Position numbers and translations under genes: made by a program. This document shows, piece by piece, positions 9,354 through 18,677 of a stretch of DNA of 64,000 bases (its first letter is position 1; every line of letters starts with the position of its first letter). The notes under the pieces were generated by a model. That model was not told where the DNA came from. It was given only the letters and a program-made list of their open reading frames with translations, and searched no databases. Source of the DNA: a virus; the IMG/VR virus record IMGVR_UViG_3300000117_000009, positions 32,001 through 96,000 of that record; one strand, written 5' to 3'.

Positions 9354-10339
9354 TGAGAATAGGCATCACTGGTGAAAAAGGTTTTATTGCAACTAACTTG
9401 TCGAAAGAAATTATCAATCAAGGGCATGAATTTGTATCTATTGATAAGTCAGATTACGCTAAGACTCTGATGATATACACAGAAACTGATGAAGTCTGCG
9501 TATATTCTAATAATGCTGAATCCTGGATTCAATTGTTTAAAAGCCTAAATCTTGACTGCATTGTGCATAATGCAGCTGTTGTGGGAACTGATGTTGTTGC
9601 TTTAAATCCTGAGCATTCTATCAACACGAATATTTTAGGCACACAGACAATTGTTGAAGCTGCAAATAGTTGTGACATGCTAATTGTATACACAGGCACA
9701 ACAGTTATTTATGACACGTATAAGTATCAAGAATTTGATATTTTTGAAAATAGTGAAATATTCCCCAGGACAAATTATGCTGTCCAGAAATACGCTGGTG
9801 AGATGCTAGTAAGGAATAATGCAAAAGAGTGGCTTGTTACACGACCTTTATTTGCTTACGGCGGCATTGGTGATATGAACTCTTTAATTGCGAAGTCTTT
9901 ATTTGGCGTTAAAAATGGAATAGAAAACATTGACATATTTTTAGATCCACAAAAAATTAAAGATTATATGCATGTAGAGGACTTTTGTAATAGTGTTGTA
10001 AGGCTAATCGACTCTAGTGTTAGAAATGAAGACTTTAACATTACAGCTAGCAATCCACATAATACTTTAGAAATAGTTTCTATTATAGAAGAAGTTACCG
10101 GTTCAACCTTGGAAATTGTAGTTAAGTGGCACCCAGAAACAGACTATCTAGGAAATCATAGACTGTCTAATCAAAAGTTTGTTGACTTTATGGGCTTTGC
10201 AAATGTTCGAACACTCAGGGAAGGCATTAATCAGTCATGGCAGTCAATAAAAGATGCGAGTGAAAGTTACAATCCCTTAAAATACTTAGATCAAGCTAAG
10301 GCTCAAGATGTCGACTTAAAACAATTTTTTCCTAAGTAG
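9353..10339 (+). CDS. NAD-dependent epimerase/dehydratase (extended SDR; NDP-sugar modifying)
   Basis: ITGEKGFIA glycine motif, VHNAA, YAVQK (YxxxK), KDYMHVED. Confidence 0.85.
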   Translation: MRIGITGEKGFIATNLSKEIINQGHEFVSIDKSDYAKTLMIYTETDEVCVYSNNAESWIQLFKSLNLDCIVHNAAVVGTDVVALNPEHSINTNILGTQTIVEAANSCDMLIVYTGTTVIYDTYKYQEFDIFENSEIFPRTNYAVQKYAGEMLVRNNAKEWLVTRPLFAYGGIGDMNSLIAKSLFGVKNGIENIDIFLDPQKIKDYMHVEDFCNSVVRLIDSSVRNEDFNITASNPHNTLEIVSIIEEVTGSTLEIVVKWHPETDYLGNHRLSNQKFVDFMGFANVRTLREGINQSWQSIKDASESYNPLKYLDQAKAQDVDLKQFFPK

Positions 10340-10389
10340 TTTACTCAGGGTTTCAACCCTAAGGCATACTTATTTAAAAAGGAGTAAGT

Positions 10390-11160
10390 ATGCCAAGAAC
10401 ATCAACCCAAGTGACATTAGTTTGTGAAACCTGCAACGCTGAATATAAAAAGCCTCAATCGAGAGCAAAGACTTCAAAGTATTGTTCAAAAGAATGTAAA
10501 AACAAAGCAAGCGCCAAATATGAAATTAAAAAGTGCGAAGTTTGTGGAATTGAGTTTAAGTCTAAAAGAGGAAAATCTTATTGTTCTAGAGAATGCTATT
10601 TGAAAAAGAACAAGCGCGAAAGAGTTACTCTTAAATGTGAATATTGCGGTATAGAGTATCAAAAGCCCAAAGGCAGAGAAACAAAGTATTGTAGTAAAGA
10701 CTGCCAGAATAAAGCGCAGAGTAGTGGCTTGCACGAAATACCTTCTAACGGTAGGATGGGATTTCGATATGATTTGCCTAATAACTACTTTTTTAAGTCT
10801 TCACTTGAAGCTGACTATGCTAGATGGTGTGAAGCAACAAACAAGTCATATGTATATGAGCACAAAACATTTACAGTCCAGTATGACGGAAGAGACAAGC
10901 AATACACACCTGACTTTTACCATCCTGATGAAAACAAATATGTAGAGCTTAAAGCAATACGTAGAGATAGAAAATTTAATTCAAATCTTTTAGCTGCAGA
11001 TCTTTTAAAACAACAGGGCGTCAACATCGATGTTTTGTTAATGCATGAGTTTTATACTCAGATTAAACAAAGTAATCACTATTGGAATATAGACAATATA
11101 GAAAATAAAAACTACAATGGAACAAAACATCTTATATACCTTAAAAAATCAGAAAAGTAA
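10390..11160 (+). CDS. Zinc-ribbon repeat + PD-(D/E)XK endonuclease (free-standing homing-endonuclease-like)
   Basis: Three CxxC...YCSxxC repeats, then KSSLE...YTPDF...VELK (T7 endonuclease I-like motifs). Confidence 0.75.
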   Translation: MPRTSTQVTLVCETCNAEYKKPQSRAKTSKYCSKECKNKASAKYEIKKCEVCGIEFKSKRGKSYCSRECYLKKNKRERVTLKCEYCGIEYQKPKGRETKYCSKDCQNKAQSSGLHEIPSNGRMGFRYDLPNNYFFKSSLEADYARWCEATNKSYVYEHKTFTVQYDGRDKQYTPDFYHPDENKYVELKAIRRDRKFNSNLLAADLLKQQGVNIDVLLMHEFYTQIKQSNHYWNIDNIENKNYNGTKHLIYLKKSEK

Positions 11161-12328
11161 AGGATTTGCAGCGCTGACAGTTGTTTTATTAGCAGGAGTT
11201 TTGGCTAGCATTTCCTTTATAGTAATTCAATACGGCAGAATATCTTTAAACGTAATGTATGAAAAACAACTTCTTGATACGTGTAGTATTAATGCAGGCA
11301 ATGGCATAAACTATACAAATGATATTAATACTATTTGTTCAAGCAACTATTTAAATCAATGCGGTTTGGAACTTGATTCCCCGGAGCCTAGCTTTTCTTG
11401 TGAAGACTTAGGACTCGAATGCAATGCAGAAAATCAGTGCAAGAGGAAATTTAAAATTACATCTACCTACGATCCAGGCAGAGGCCACGTTTCAAAAGAA
11501 AACTTTGTCGAAGTAAACGAGGAAGTTCATGACATACAACTTGTTGATACTGCTGTTATACTTCTGCTTGACTTTAGTGGTTCTATGCAAGGTAATAGAA
11601 TAAATCAATTAAAAACAACTGTAAGACAATTTGTAAATGCTGATTATAATCTAAGCTATTCTGTCATTCTTTACAATGATAGTGTAATAACAGAGACATC
11701 TATCGATAAAGGTCCGCAACATAAACAAAACGTTTTGTCTATTTTAAACACTCATAATGCAGGAGGAGGAACTAACTTTCTTTCTCCTCTGAGAAGTTCG
11801 CTCTCTAAGATTACGAGTTCTGACTATGAATCTTATTATATTGTTTTAATTAGCGATGGCTCGCCGAATGAAGGCATTGAACCTTCGAGAAACTTTGTTG
11901 AAAATAATATATTTAACATTAATCCAAACAACTGCAGACAAACAACTAGCCAGAATCCTTGTATAACGACTTATACATTAGGAGTAGATAATGCAAACGT
12001 AGCAGCTTTGCAAAGTGTTAGTGGTAACGTATTAAATCAAAACTCTATTGATTACAACTATATTGTTAATACACAACAAGTTAATGGTGCATTTAATGCA
12101 ATAATTGAAGAGATAATGTGCAAGATTGGTCCAGTTTTAGCAGAATATCCGGCAAACATATTTAATGGTTTAGACCTCCTTGAGGAAAACGTTGATTACA
12201 CTTACAATGATGAAGAAAAAATATTTAAGTTCTACGATGCTGCACCTTTATATGCTTGCACTGAAATGTTAAATAGTAATGCACAAATTACTTTACGTTG
12301 GGGAAAGACTAAAATAAATGTCCAGTAA
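11117..12328 (+). CDS. TadG-like membrane-anchored protein with vWA domain
   Basis: KGFAALTVVLLAGVLASISFIVI pilin-like TM segment, then QLLDTCS..A; MIDAS DFSGS, GGTNF, ISDG; Cys-rich. Confidence 0.75.
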   Translation: MEQNILYTLKNQKSKGFAALTVVLLAGVLASISFIVIQYGRISLNVMYEKQLLDTCSINAGNGINYTNDINTICSSNYLNQCGLELDSPEPSFSCEDLGLECNAENQCKRKFKITSTYDPGRGHVSKENFVEVNEEVHDIQLVDTAVILLLDFSGSMQGNRINQLKTTVRQFVNADYNLSYSVILYNDSVITETSIDKGPQHKQNVLSILNTHNAGGGTNFLSPLRSSLSKITSSDYESYYIVLISDGSPNEGIEPSRNFVENNIFNINPNNCRQTTSQNPCITTYTLGVDNANVAALQSVSGNVLNQNSIDYNYIVNTQQVNGAFNAIIEEIMCKIGPVLAEYPANIFNGLDLLEENVDYTYNDEEKIFKFYDAAPLYACTEMLNSNAQITLRWGKTKINVQ

Positions 12329-12548
12329 GCATGAAAAAGAAATAAGACTAGTTTCACAGTTAAAAGAAGGTGACATGATTGACATGTTTTATTATGGTAA
12401 AAAAATAAAGAATAACTGCTTAATTGTAGAGATTATTCAAGATCATTATTTTGTAAAAGGTTTAATCGTCTATTTAAACGGCACTTCTAGAGAAACAATA
12501 GATTTAGAAAACAATGAGGGGCTTTGGGTTGAAAAGTCTAAAACTTAG
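12318..12548 (+). CDS. Small hypothetical protein (SH3-like)
   Basis: LKEGDMI pattern; operonic. Confidence 0.45.
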   Translation: MSSKHEKEIRLVSQLKEGDMIDMFYYGKKIKNNCLIVEIIQDHYFVKGLIVYLNGTSRETIDLENNEGLWVEKSKT

Positions 12549-12559
12549 TATATTCCATG

Positions 12560-14743
12560 TTACTTTCCTGCGACAACATAATTGTATGCTCTAGATAAAT
12601 TCTTTTTTATTATATCACTCTTTGGGTGATGATTTTCTAAATAAGGCAAGCCGACTTTTATTAAATCAAACTCTTGCTCATCTTGATCTTCATCCCAGTC
12701 TTCCTCGTTCTCGCTATCCCAAGAATCTTCTATTAGATATTGAAAAATATTTACTTCTTTTTCTAATGTAACGCCTAAAACATCAAATATTTCGCGACTA
12801 AAGTTTACATTGTATACTAAACTTTTTATCGCCAATTTTGCGTAAAAACTAGACCGGCTATTATCTTCATAAGAGTTCAGGCCAAAATTAGCTAACTTAA
12901 GAACTGGTTTGATTAGTCGACAAAGCTCAATAAGTTCATCTTTACTAACAGTTCTATTATTAAAAAATTGAATTGATGAAATTATAATATTCTGAATTTC
13001 TTTCTTATCTTTCTGAAGTATGTCTTCATCGCCCAAAGAGCTTTTGATTTTCTCATGCATAATTTCACTAACAGGTGCATATACATTGTTTTTTATTTGT
13101 ATGTTTTCGTAGCCAAACTTATCAATCATTCTGTCACAAATATCTTTATCCAAAAACTTAGAGCCTGCTAGGTATAAGATTGCATTGCTGGTACCTGTCG
13201 AGATTTTTGGAACTTTAGTGTTATCTATAATGTCTAGCATTATTGATTTTGGCAAAGATGAGCTTTTTAAAAAATATGATATATTATTGTCTAAAGCAGA
13301 ATAAGTGTCAGCAAATTTTGATCCTCTCAATATCTCAGGCTTAATATTCTTTTCATAAAAACTTTCTATATATTCTTCACTGACTGTTTTGTTTTTATTA
13401 GATAACAACAAAGAAAAAATGGTACTCGAAAAGAAAGGTTTGTTTTCTAGATTGTTAAAGTTTTTGCATATAAACAAAGCTACATCTTTATTTTTAGTGC
13501 CAACAGCAGTATCTCTTACAAAACGAAGTAATTTATTGTTGTCCTTTATTTGATTTACTATAGACTTAAATGACTTTAGACTTAAGTTTTTAAAATCATA
13601 GCTATATGCTTCACTACCATATTCTGGTTGCCAATTAACTAAATCATTATCTACTAATCCTTTTAGTATTTCGTTAAATTTAGTTTTATGTTTACCTGTT
13701 TTATTCTTAAAGACATTTACGAAAGTCCCAATAGGTTTTATTGTATTACCTGAAAAGTCAAACGATACAGCCTGCTCAGGCTCGTTCCCATGAATAGTTG
13801 ACGTACCCGCGTCAGCAATACCTTGAATACCTACAGCTTTTAACAATATTGAATAATACTGTCCTCTACTTGTTTTATTTATTTCTGCGATAGCAGAAGA
13901 TATATTTCCTGCCGCTTCTTTTAAAATAACAAAAAACGAATATTGTTTGCTAACGTTTTTCGTGTGACGACCAAATCTTTTAAAACTCAATTTCATGTAT
14001 TCATACATTGCATCAGCAATTTCAAACTTATAAATATTAACTAAACTTTGTTTTTCATCAATTTTTTCTTCATCAACTTTACCGACTAAATGACTATATT
14101 TTTTAAAGATTGAGGTGAAATAATAATTGTCATATGAGGCATTGCTTTTAAGACTTTTAATGTCTTTTTCTAAGTCTTTATAGTCTTGCAAAACAGCATC
14201 TTCAGATTCTCTATGCGTAATTAAACCTGTTGAAAGTCGTATGCATTCTGCTATGTCATCAATTACAGCCTGCTTGCTTGTGTATTTGCCTGAAATTAAT
14301 TTTTGTTCTTCATTGTCTTTTGTAACATTGGCTGTTTTTGACTTGTCAATTCTGTATAAATGAAAAAAACTAGCATTAGTTGCAAAACTAGCGCTTGTTG
14401 GTGATCCAGAATTAACAAGATTTTCTAAGTTTGTCTGGTCTAAAGGGTAACCGTATATTCCATGAGGTGTATGGTATTTTACTTTTGGACTTACTTCAAA
14501 CTTTGGTATTTCAATATCACCAAACTTCTCTACGAATCTAATATATGTCGATGAATCTGCCGAAAGTATTAGCTCTTCTAAGACTCCTTCTAACGAAAGA
14601 CTTGTTTTATCTATTGTTTCAATCTTTGTCAATTCTCTTTGCTGATCAGCTGCTGATCCTTTGCGCGAGAGTCTTTCTGGCGAAGACATAATTTCTCTGC
14701 CTAGAGACTCTTTAATGTATTTTTTAAGTAGTCTAATTTTCAT
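12560..14743 (-). CDS. Tagged large protein with TPHG...IHxNEPxQAV domain (possible ADP-ribosyltransferase fold)
   Basis: N-terminus MKIRLLKKYIKES; SPKVKYHTPHGIYGYPL and DAGTSTIHGNEPEQAV shared with 54491..56266. Confidence 0.6.
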   Translation of the reverse strand: MKIRLLKKYIKESLGREIMSSPERLSRKGSAADQQRELTKIETIDKTSLSLEGVLEELILSADSSTYIRFVEKFGDIEIPKFEVSPKVKYHTPHGIYGYPLDQTNLENLVNSGSPTSASFATNASFFHLYRIDKSKTANVTKDNEEQKLISGKYTSKQAVIDDIAECIRLSTGLITHRESEDAVLQDYKDLEKDIKSLKSNASYDNYYFTSIFKKYSHLVGKVDEEKIDEKQSLVNIYKFEIADAMYEYMKLSFKRFGRHTKNVSKQYSFFVILKEAAGNISSAIAEINKTSRGQYYSILLKAVGIQGIADAGTSTIHGNEPEQAVSFDFSGNTIKPIGTFVNVFKNKTGKHKTKFNEILKGLVDNDLVNWQPEYGSEAYSYDFKNLSLKSFKSIVNQIKDNNKLLRFVRDTAVGTKNKDVALFICKNFNNLENKPFFSSTIFSLLLSNKNKTVSEEYIESFYEKNIKPEILRGSKFADTYSALDNNISYFLKSSSLPKSIMLDIIDNTKVPKISTGTSNAILYLAGSKFLDKDICDRMIDKFGYENIQIKNNVYAPVSEIMHEKIKSSLGDEDILQKDKKEIQNIIISSIQFFNNRTVSKDELIELCRLIKPVLKLANFGLNSYEDNSRSSFYAKLAIKSLVYNVNFSREIFDVLGVTLEKEVNIFQYLIEDSWDSENEEDWDEDQDEQEFDLIKVGLPYLENHHPKSDIIKKNLSRAYNYVVAGK

Positions 14744-14789
14744 TATAAACCTTGTTTGTTTTAATAAATATTTTAATCACATCTAGATT

Positions 14790-17555
14790 TTAAGAAAGCA
14801 TTAAAGAAATGTATTTTTTAATTAGCGATTCATTTGATTCTTGCGGAGATTGAGGGTTTTGTTTTTGTTGAAGTAATTGTCTAGTATCACTAATTAATTT
14901 AAGCATAGATCCTTTACTGAACATTTTTTCTATATAATCTATTACAATTTCAATACCTTCTTCGGGTAAATATAAATTGGCGTCAGGTGCAAGTGTTACT
15001 GCATAATTGACGCTTTGATGTATTCCCTTAACAATTTTAAGAACTTGCATCTGACTCATCCCACTAAAAAACAATGATAGCTGACTAGAATTATTTGCAA
15101 CCTGTTCAAATAATTCGTTGTCACCTTCTGTATAATGTATTCTACCTAGATCTAAACTATTCATGTGAGATTCTGGTATTGTTTTTAGCAGAGCAATAGT
15201 CTCAAGATATTGTTCTACACCTTTCGTAGATCTTAACAAAAGCATTAAAAGATCATTAAAATGTTTTTTGTTGTTTGGCTTAATATCAATATAGCTAAAA
15301 CAAGCTTTACATAAAGAGATGAGAGACTGGAATGGTATCTTTATGTCATAACTAATCCGTCTTAAATACATATGGAGATTGCTAATATCTGGAGGAATAT
15401 CACCTGAAATTATTCCTGAAACCAATGCTTCAGCGTACTCTTTATTTTTTGTATCAATTTTTCTATTGTTTTTTAGTATTAATCGAGTTTCTGCAGGTGT
15501 CTGAGATTGTTTGAGTTCATCAATTAAAGGACTCCAGTTGTTTGCGACTTCAAACCTTTGATTAACAAACTGATGATATTTTTGGTTTGTAATTTGACTT
15601 TTAATGTTTTCATCGTTAATGTTTAATAAATTTTGTTCAACATTCTTTCTAGCTTTTGCGCCTAATCTATCGATGTCTTCAAAAATTATATCAATTATTT
15701 TATTTAAAAGATCAATTCTAACACTACTTATTGTTTGCGGCTGAAATAAGGAAAAAACACCGCGAGACATATTATCAATAGAACCAGCAATTTGTGCTGA
15801 AGAAATCGTATCAAGCTCTTTAAACAGAAACTGCTGAATTTCAGGTAATTCTGTAAAGTATTCTCTTTCCCAAGGAAGCATGCAAATAGTTGTTTTATAG
15901 TCTCTGTTTTTTGTTGGAAAGTAAAAAGAAAGCATTTTTACTAAAACATTGAGTATATCTTGGCCAGTAAGATTATCTAAGCGACTTCGATACCTTGCTA
16001 ATTGAGAAATTTGAGTTAATCCTACATTCATCATTAAGCGGTTATTGTCAAGCCTGTTTAGCTTATCTAGAGACTTTCTAGAAAATAACATATCATTTAC
16101 AGATGAGCTGCCGCTATATTGTATGTTACCAAAAACCAGCATGCCATAACTGACTTTGTCTGCGTTTTCTATGTAAATATCAACAAACTTTTCAAAGTCT
16201 TCTTTTGTTACACTTTGTTTGTTTATTGGAGAAGTTAGTATATCCAAAAATTTTGGAAAATAATAATTGACGTCATTGTCTGCAAAATAGTTTATTTTTT
16301 TGCAAAGTTCTGTTATTAAGTCTAAACATTCTAAGTGAATATTTTCTATATTACTCTTGTCAACCCTTAAAGCAAACATTGGATTGCCAGATGCACCAAC
16401 AGCTTTATTTATTTTGTTTTTTGTATTTGAAAACAAAACGTGGTTGATAAACATATTTTCTATTTGTAAGTTATCATTAACAACTAGATCATAGACCTTC
16501 TGTACAGTTTCGTATGTTAAATCAGCAGAATCAGCAACTTTATTGATTTCATTACACCAATAAAGTGTAGGTAAAAGTCCTTCTACTTTTTGAAGTTGAT
16601 CTTGCTTGAAGTCTTCTTCGTCAACATCGTTTTCTTGTGCAATATCGTTTAATGTTTCAAAGTCTATGTCTAATGCTAACTTTTGGTCTGGAAAAAAGCT
16701 TGCAATATTTGAATGCCATTCTACATCTTTGCCTACGACTCTTCCTAGTTCTACGACTTTTGCTTTTCTCTGCGGATTGTAAACAACACAAACCGGTCCA
16801 TCATGGTCACCTCTAAATATGATACCGTCTATAACAGAAGTTAAATATTTGTGTGTATAATTCCCCATGACATATCTAGTAAAATCAAAAGCAGAACCAG
16901 AAGTTAGTTGTTTATTGCTAGGATCATCGACTAAATAACTAGTCCCAGATATTCGTTGTGTCAATGAAGTGCAATGTTGTTTTAAGTCTTCTTTTGTTTT
17001 TGCAAACAATTCGTCTTTTACAAGAGAAGAAAACTTTTCATCAAACAACTTTTCTATCTGGTCTTCTATTTTCCATTTATCACCGTGAATTTGTTTAGCC
17101 AGATCTTCAAAAAATATAATATAGTTGCTGATGTCAACTTCAAATTTAAAACATATATCCCCATACAAATGAACAATAGAAGGGTTAAAGTCATAACATG
17201 TATATAATCCTGGGCCGTACATATCTCCGTGACCAGGTGTAAACCCAGTTCCCACTGTATATGGGTCTGATAGTAGTTCTGTAATTCCTTGAAGCTCTAT
17301 GTCACTTTTACTTTGCGTGGTTGTACCACTCCTGGCTTTGTCGTAAGTAACTCTATTGATAATGTTTCTAGCACGATCTTTGACTTTTCTTGGTTTACTA
17401 GGCTTAAAGGGCTTTTCTGTATCTTTTACATAAGATGAATAATCTTTAAACTTTTTTGAACCTGTTAAGTGATAAACTGAAAGTTTGTTTCCTTTTAGTT
17501 CTATTCCTTTATTTTCTTTAATGAGAAAATTTTCTTTTAAACTATACTTCGCCAT
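14790..17555 (-). CDS. PARP-like ADP-ribosyltransferase domain protein with helical C-terminal region; start revised to MAKYSLKENF
   Basis: VYHLT, GDMYGPGLYTCY...YG, DGIIF; AAGG RBS before ATG at 17555; C-terminal NESLIKKYI tag. Confidence 0.65.
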   Translation of the reverse strand: MAKYSLKENFLIKENKGIELKGNKLSVYHLTGSKKFKDYSSYVKDTEKPFKPSKPRKVKDRARNIINRVTYDKARSGTTTQSKSDIELQGITELLSDPYTVGTGFTPGHGDMYGPGLYTCYDFNPSIVHLYGDICFKFEVDISNYIIFFEDLAKQIHGDKWKIEDQIEKLFDEKFSSLVKDELFAKTKEDLKQHCTSLTQRISGTSYLVDDPSNKQLTSGSAFDFTRYVMGNYTHKYLTSVIDGIIFRGDHDGPVCVVYNPQRKAKVVELGRVVGKDVEWHSNIASFFPDQKLALDIDFETLNDIAQENDVDEEDFKQDQLQKVEGLLPTLYWCNEINKVADSADLTYETVQKVYDLVVNDNLQIENMFINHVLFSNTKNKINKAVGASGNPMFALRVDKSNIENIHLECLDLITELCKKINYFADNDVNYYFPKFLDILTSPINKQSVTKEDFEKFVDIYIENADKVSYGMLVFGNIQYSGSSSVNDMLFSRKSLDKLNRLDNNRLMMNVGLTQISQLARYRSRLDNLTGQDILNVLVKMLSFYFPTKNRDYKTTICMLPWEREYFTELPEIQQFLFKELDTISSAQIAGSIDNMSRGVFSLFQPQTISSVRIDLLNKIIDIIFEDIDRLGAKARKNVEQNLLNINDENIKSQITNQKYHQFVNQRFEVANNWSPLIDELKQSQTPAETRLILKNNRKIDTKNKEYAEALVSGIISGDIPPDISNLHMYLRRISYDIKIPFQSLISLCKACFSYIDIKPNNKKHFNDLLMLLLRSTKGVEQYLETIALLKTIPESHMNSLDLGRIHYTEGDNELFEQVANNSSQLSLFFSGMSQMQVLKIVKGIHQSVNYAVTLAPDANLYLPEEGIEIVIDYIEKMFSKGSMLKLISDTRQLLQQKQNPQSPQESNESLIKKYISLMLS

Positions 17556-17576
17556 TATAAACCTTGTTGTATCTTT

Positions 17577-17642
17577 TATGTGTAAATATAAATATAATGT
17601 TGATATAATAAATAAAAACAAGAAAGGTATATAATTTGTCTA
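17577..17642 (+). repeat. 66-bp direct repeat copy 1 (promoter + RBS + TTG of dnaE)
   Basis: Matches 18612..18677 with 2 mismatches. Confidence 0.92.
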
Positions 17643-17683
17643 AATGTCTGATTATTATAAGATCACAGATTTAGAAAAAATAA

Positions 17684-18595
17684 TTACACTATTCCTAATG
17701 TAATTGTTTTATTTTTGCTTAAAATCTTTTTTGTCAAGATATTACAAATATGTTTGTTGATTTGCTTTATTAGTGTTACAAGACTTTCAATATTAATAAA
17801 AGTCTCTTCTTTTAAGTAGTATGGATATTCATCTTTGGTTATAAAGTCTGCTAAATTAAAATTTTGTAAATCAATTTTTAATTTTTCAATATTCTGGTTT
17901 GATTTTTCAATATCGAAGACCTTGGTTTTTTCATCAAACTCTATAATAAAAAGATATAAAAACGCAAAAAGAGAAGGCTCGCTATCTTCAAAATCAAAAT
18001 AGTGTGGGTAATCTTTTGAAGAAAGAGCTTGCATTATAAATTCATGAAATAAATAAATATCGTTTTGTTCAAATTTAGTCTGTATGTTAAATTGTATTTC
18101 TTCTTCTAAATATACATGATATAGGTCGTGTATTGACCATATTGTATTACCAACGTGATCTTTGTTTATTTTTGATGATACATCTCCGAATTCTGGTACA
18201 ATAACAATATCTACTTCTGAAGATAATACAATCTGATTGTATTTTTTACTGTCAATAAGATCTACATCATTTAACGCGTTAGCAACTTTAGCTCTATTTT
18301 CTTTGTTGTTTTGTAAAACTATCTTTAAATTGTTGTTTTTATTTTTGTTTATACTTTTCATTATGTCTTTAAATAACGTGTTTTCTTTGTTACTTTTAGT
18401 TATAACATACGTAATAGGAAAGATAACGGGTCTTCTATCTCTCAGAGAATTAAAATCTACTCTTTTAGATTTGATATGTTTGCTAATTTTTTCACTAGGC
18501 AATCCTCTTTCTAAGATTGCTTTTTTAATAAAGTTTTGTTTCCACTCGATTAATAACTCTTTAAATTCTCTTCTACGCAACTTGCTCATTTGCAA
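17684..18595 (-). CDS. Hypothetical protein located between the 66-bp repeats
   Basis: 303-aa ORF; FKELLIEWKQNF...ILE tag; HDLYH motif. Confidence 0.6.
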   Translation of the reverse strand: MQMSKLRRREFKELLIEWKQNFIKKAILERGLPSEKISKHIKSKRVDFNSLRDRRPVIFPITYVITKSNKENTLFKDIMKSINKNKNNNLKIVLQNNKENRAKVANALNDVDLIDSKKYNQIVLSSEVDIVIVPEFGDVSSKINKDHVGNTIWSIHDLYHVYLEEEIQFNIQTKFEQNDIYLFHEFIMQALSSKDYPHYFDFEDSEPSLFAFLYLFIIEFDEKTKVFDIEKSNQNIEKLKIDLQNFNLADFITKDEYPYYLKEETFINIESLVTLIKQINKHICNILTKKILSKNKTITLGIV

Positions 18596-18611
18596 TCCTT
18601 TGTAATATTAA

Positions 18612-18677
18612 TATGTGTAAATATAAATATAATATTGTTATAATAAATAAAAACAAGAAAGGTATATAATTTGTCTA
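18612..18677 (+). repeat. 66-bp direct repeat copy 2; dnaE promoter (GTGTAA-N18-TATAAT), RBS and start
   Basis: Direct sequence comparison with 17577..17642. Confidence 0.92.

Noticed and set aside
18237-18605. Antisense or nested ORFs in the track (e.g. 3192-, 4204-, 18237+, 20347-, 30481-, 47570+, 53943+)
   Set aside because: They are shadows of longer motif-bearing genes on the other strand or frame, with composition mirroring the real gene.
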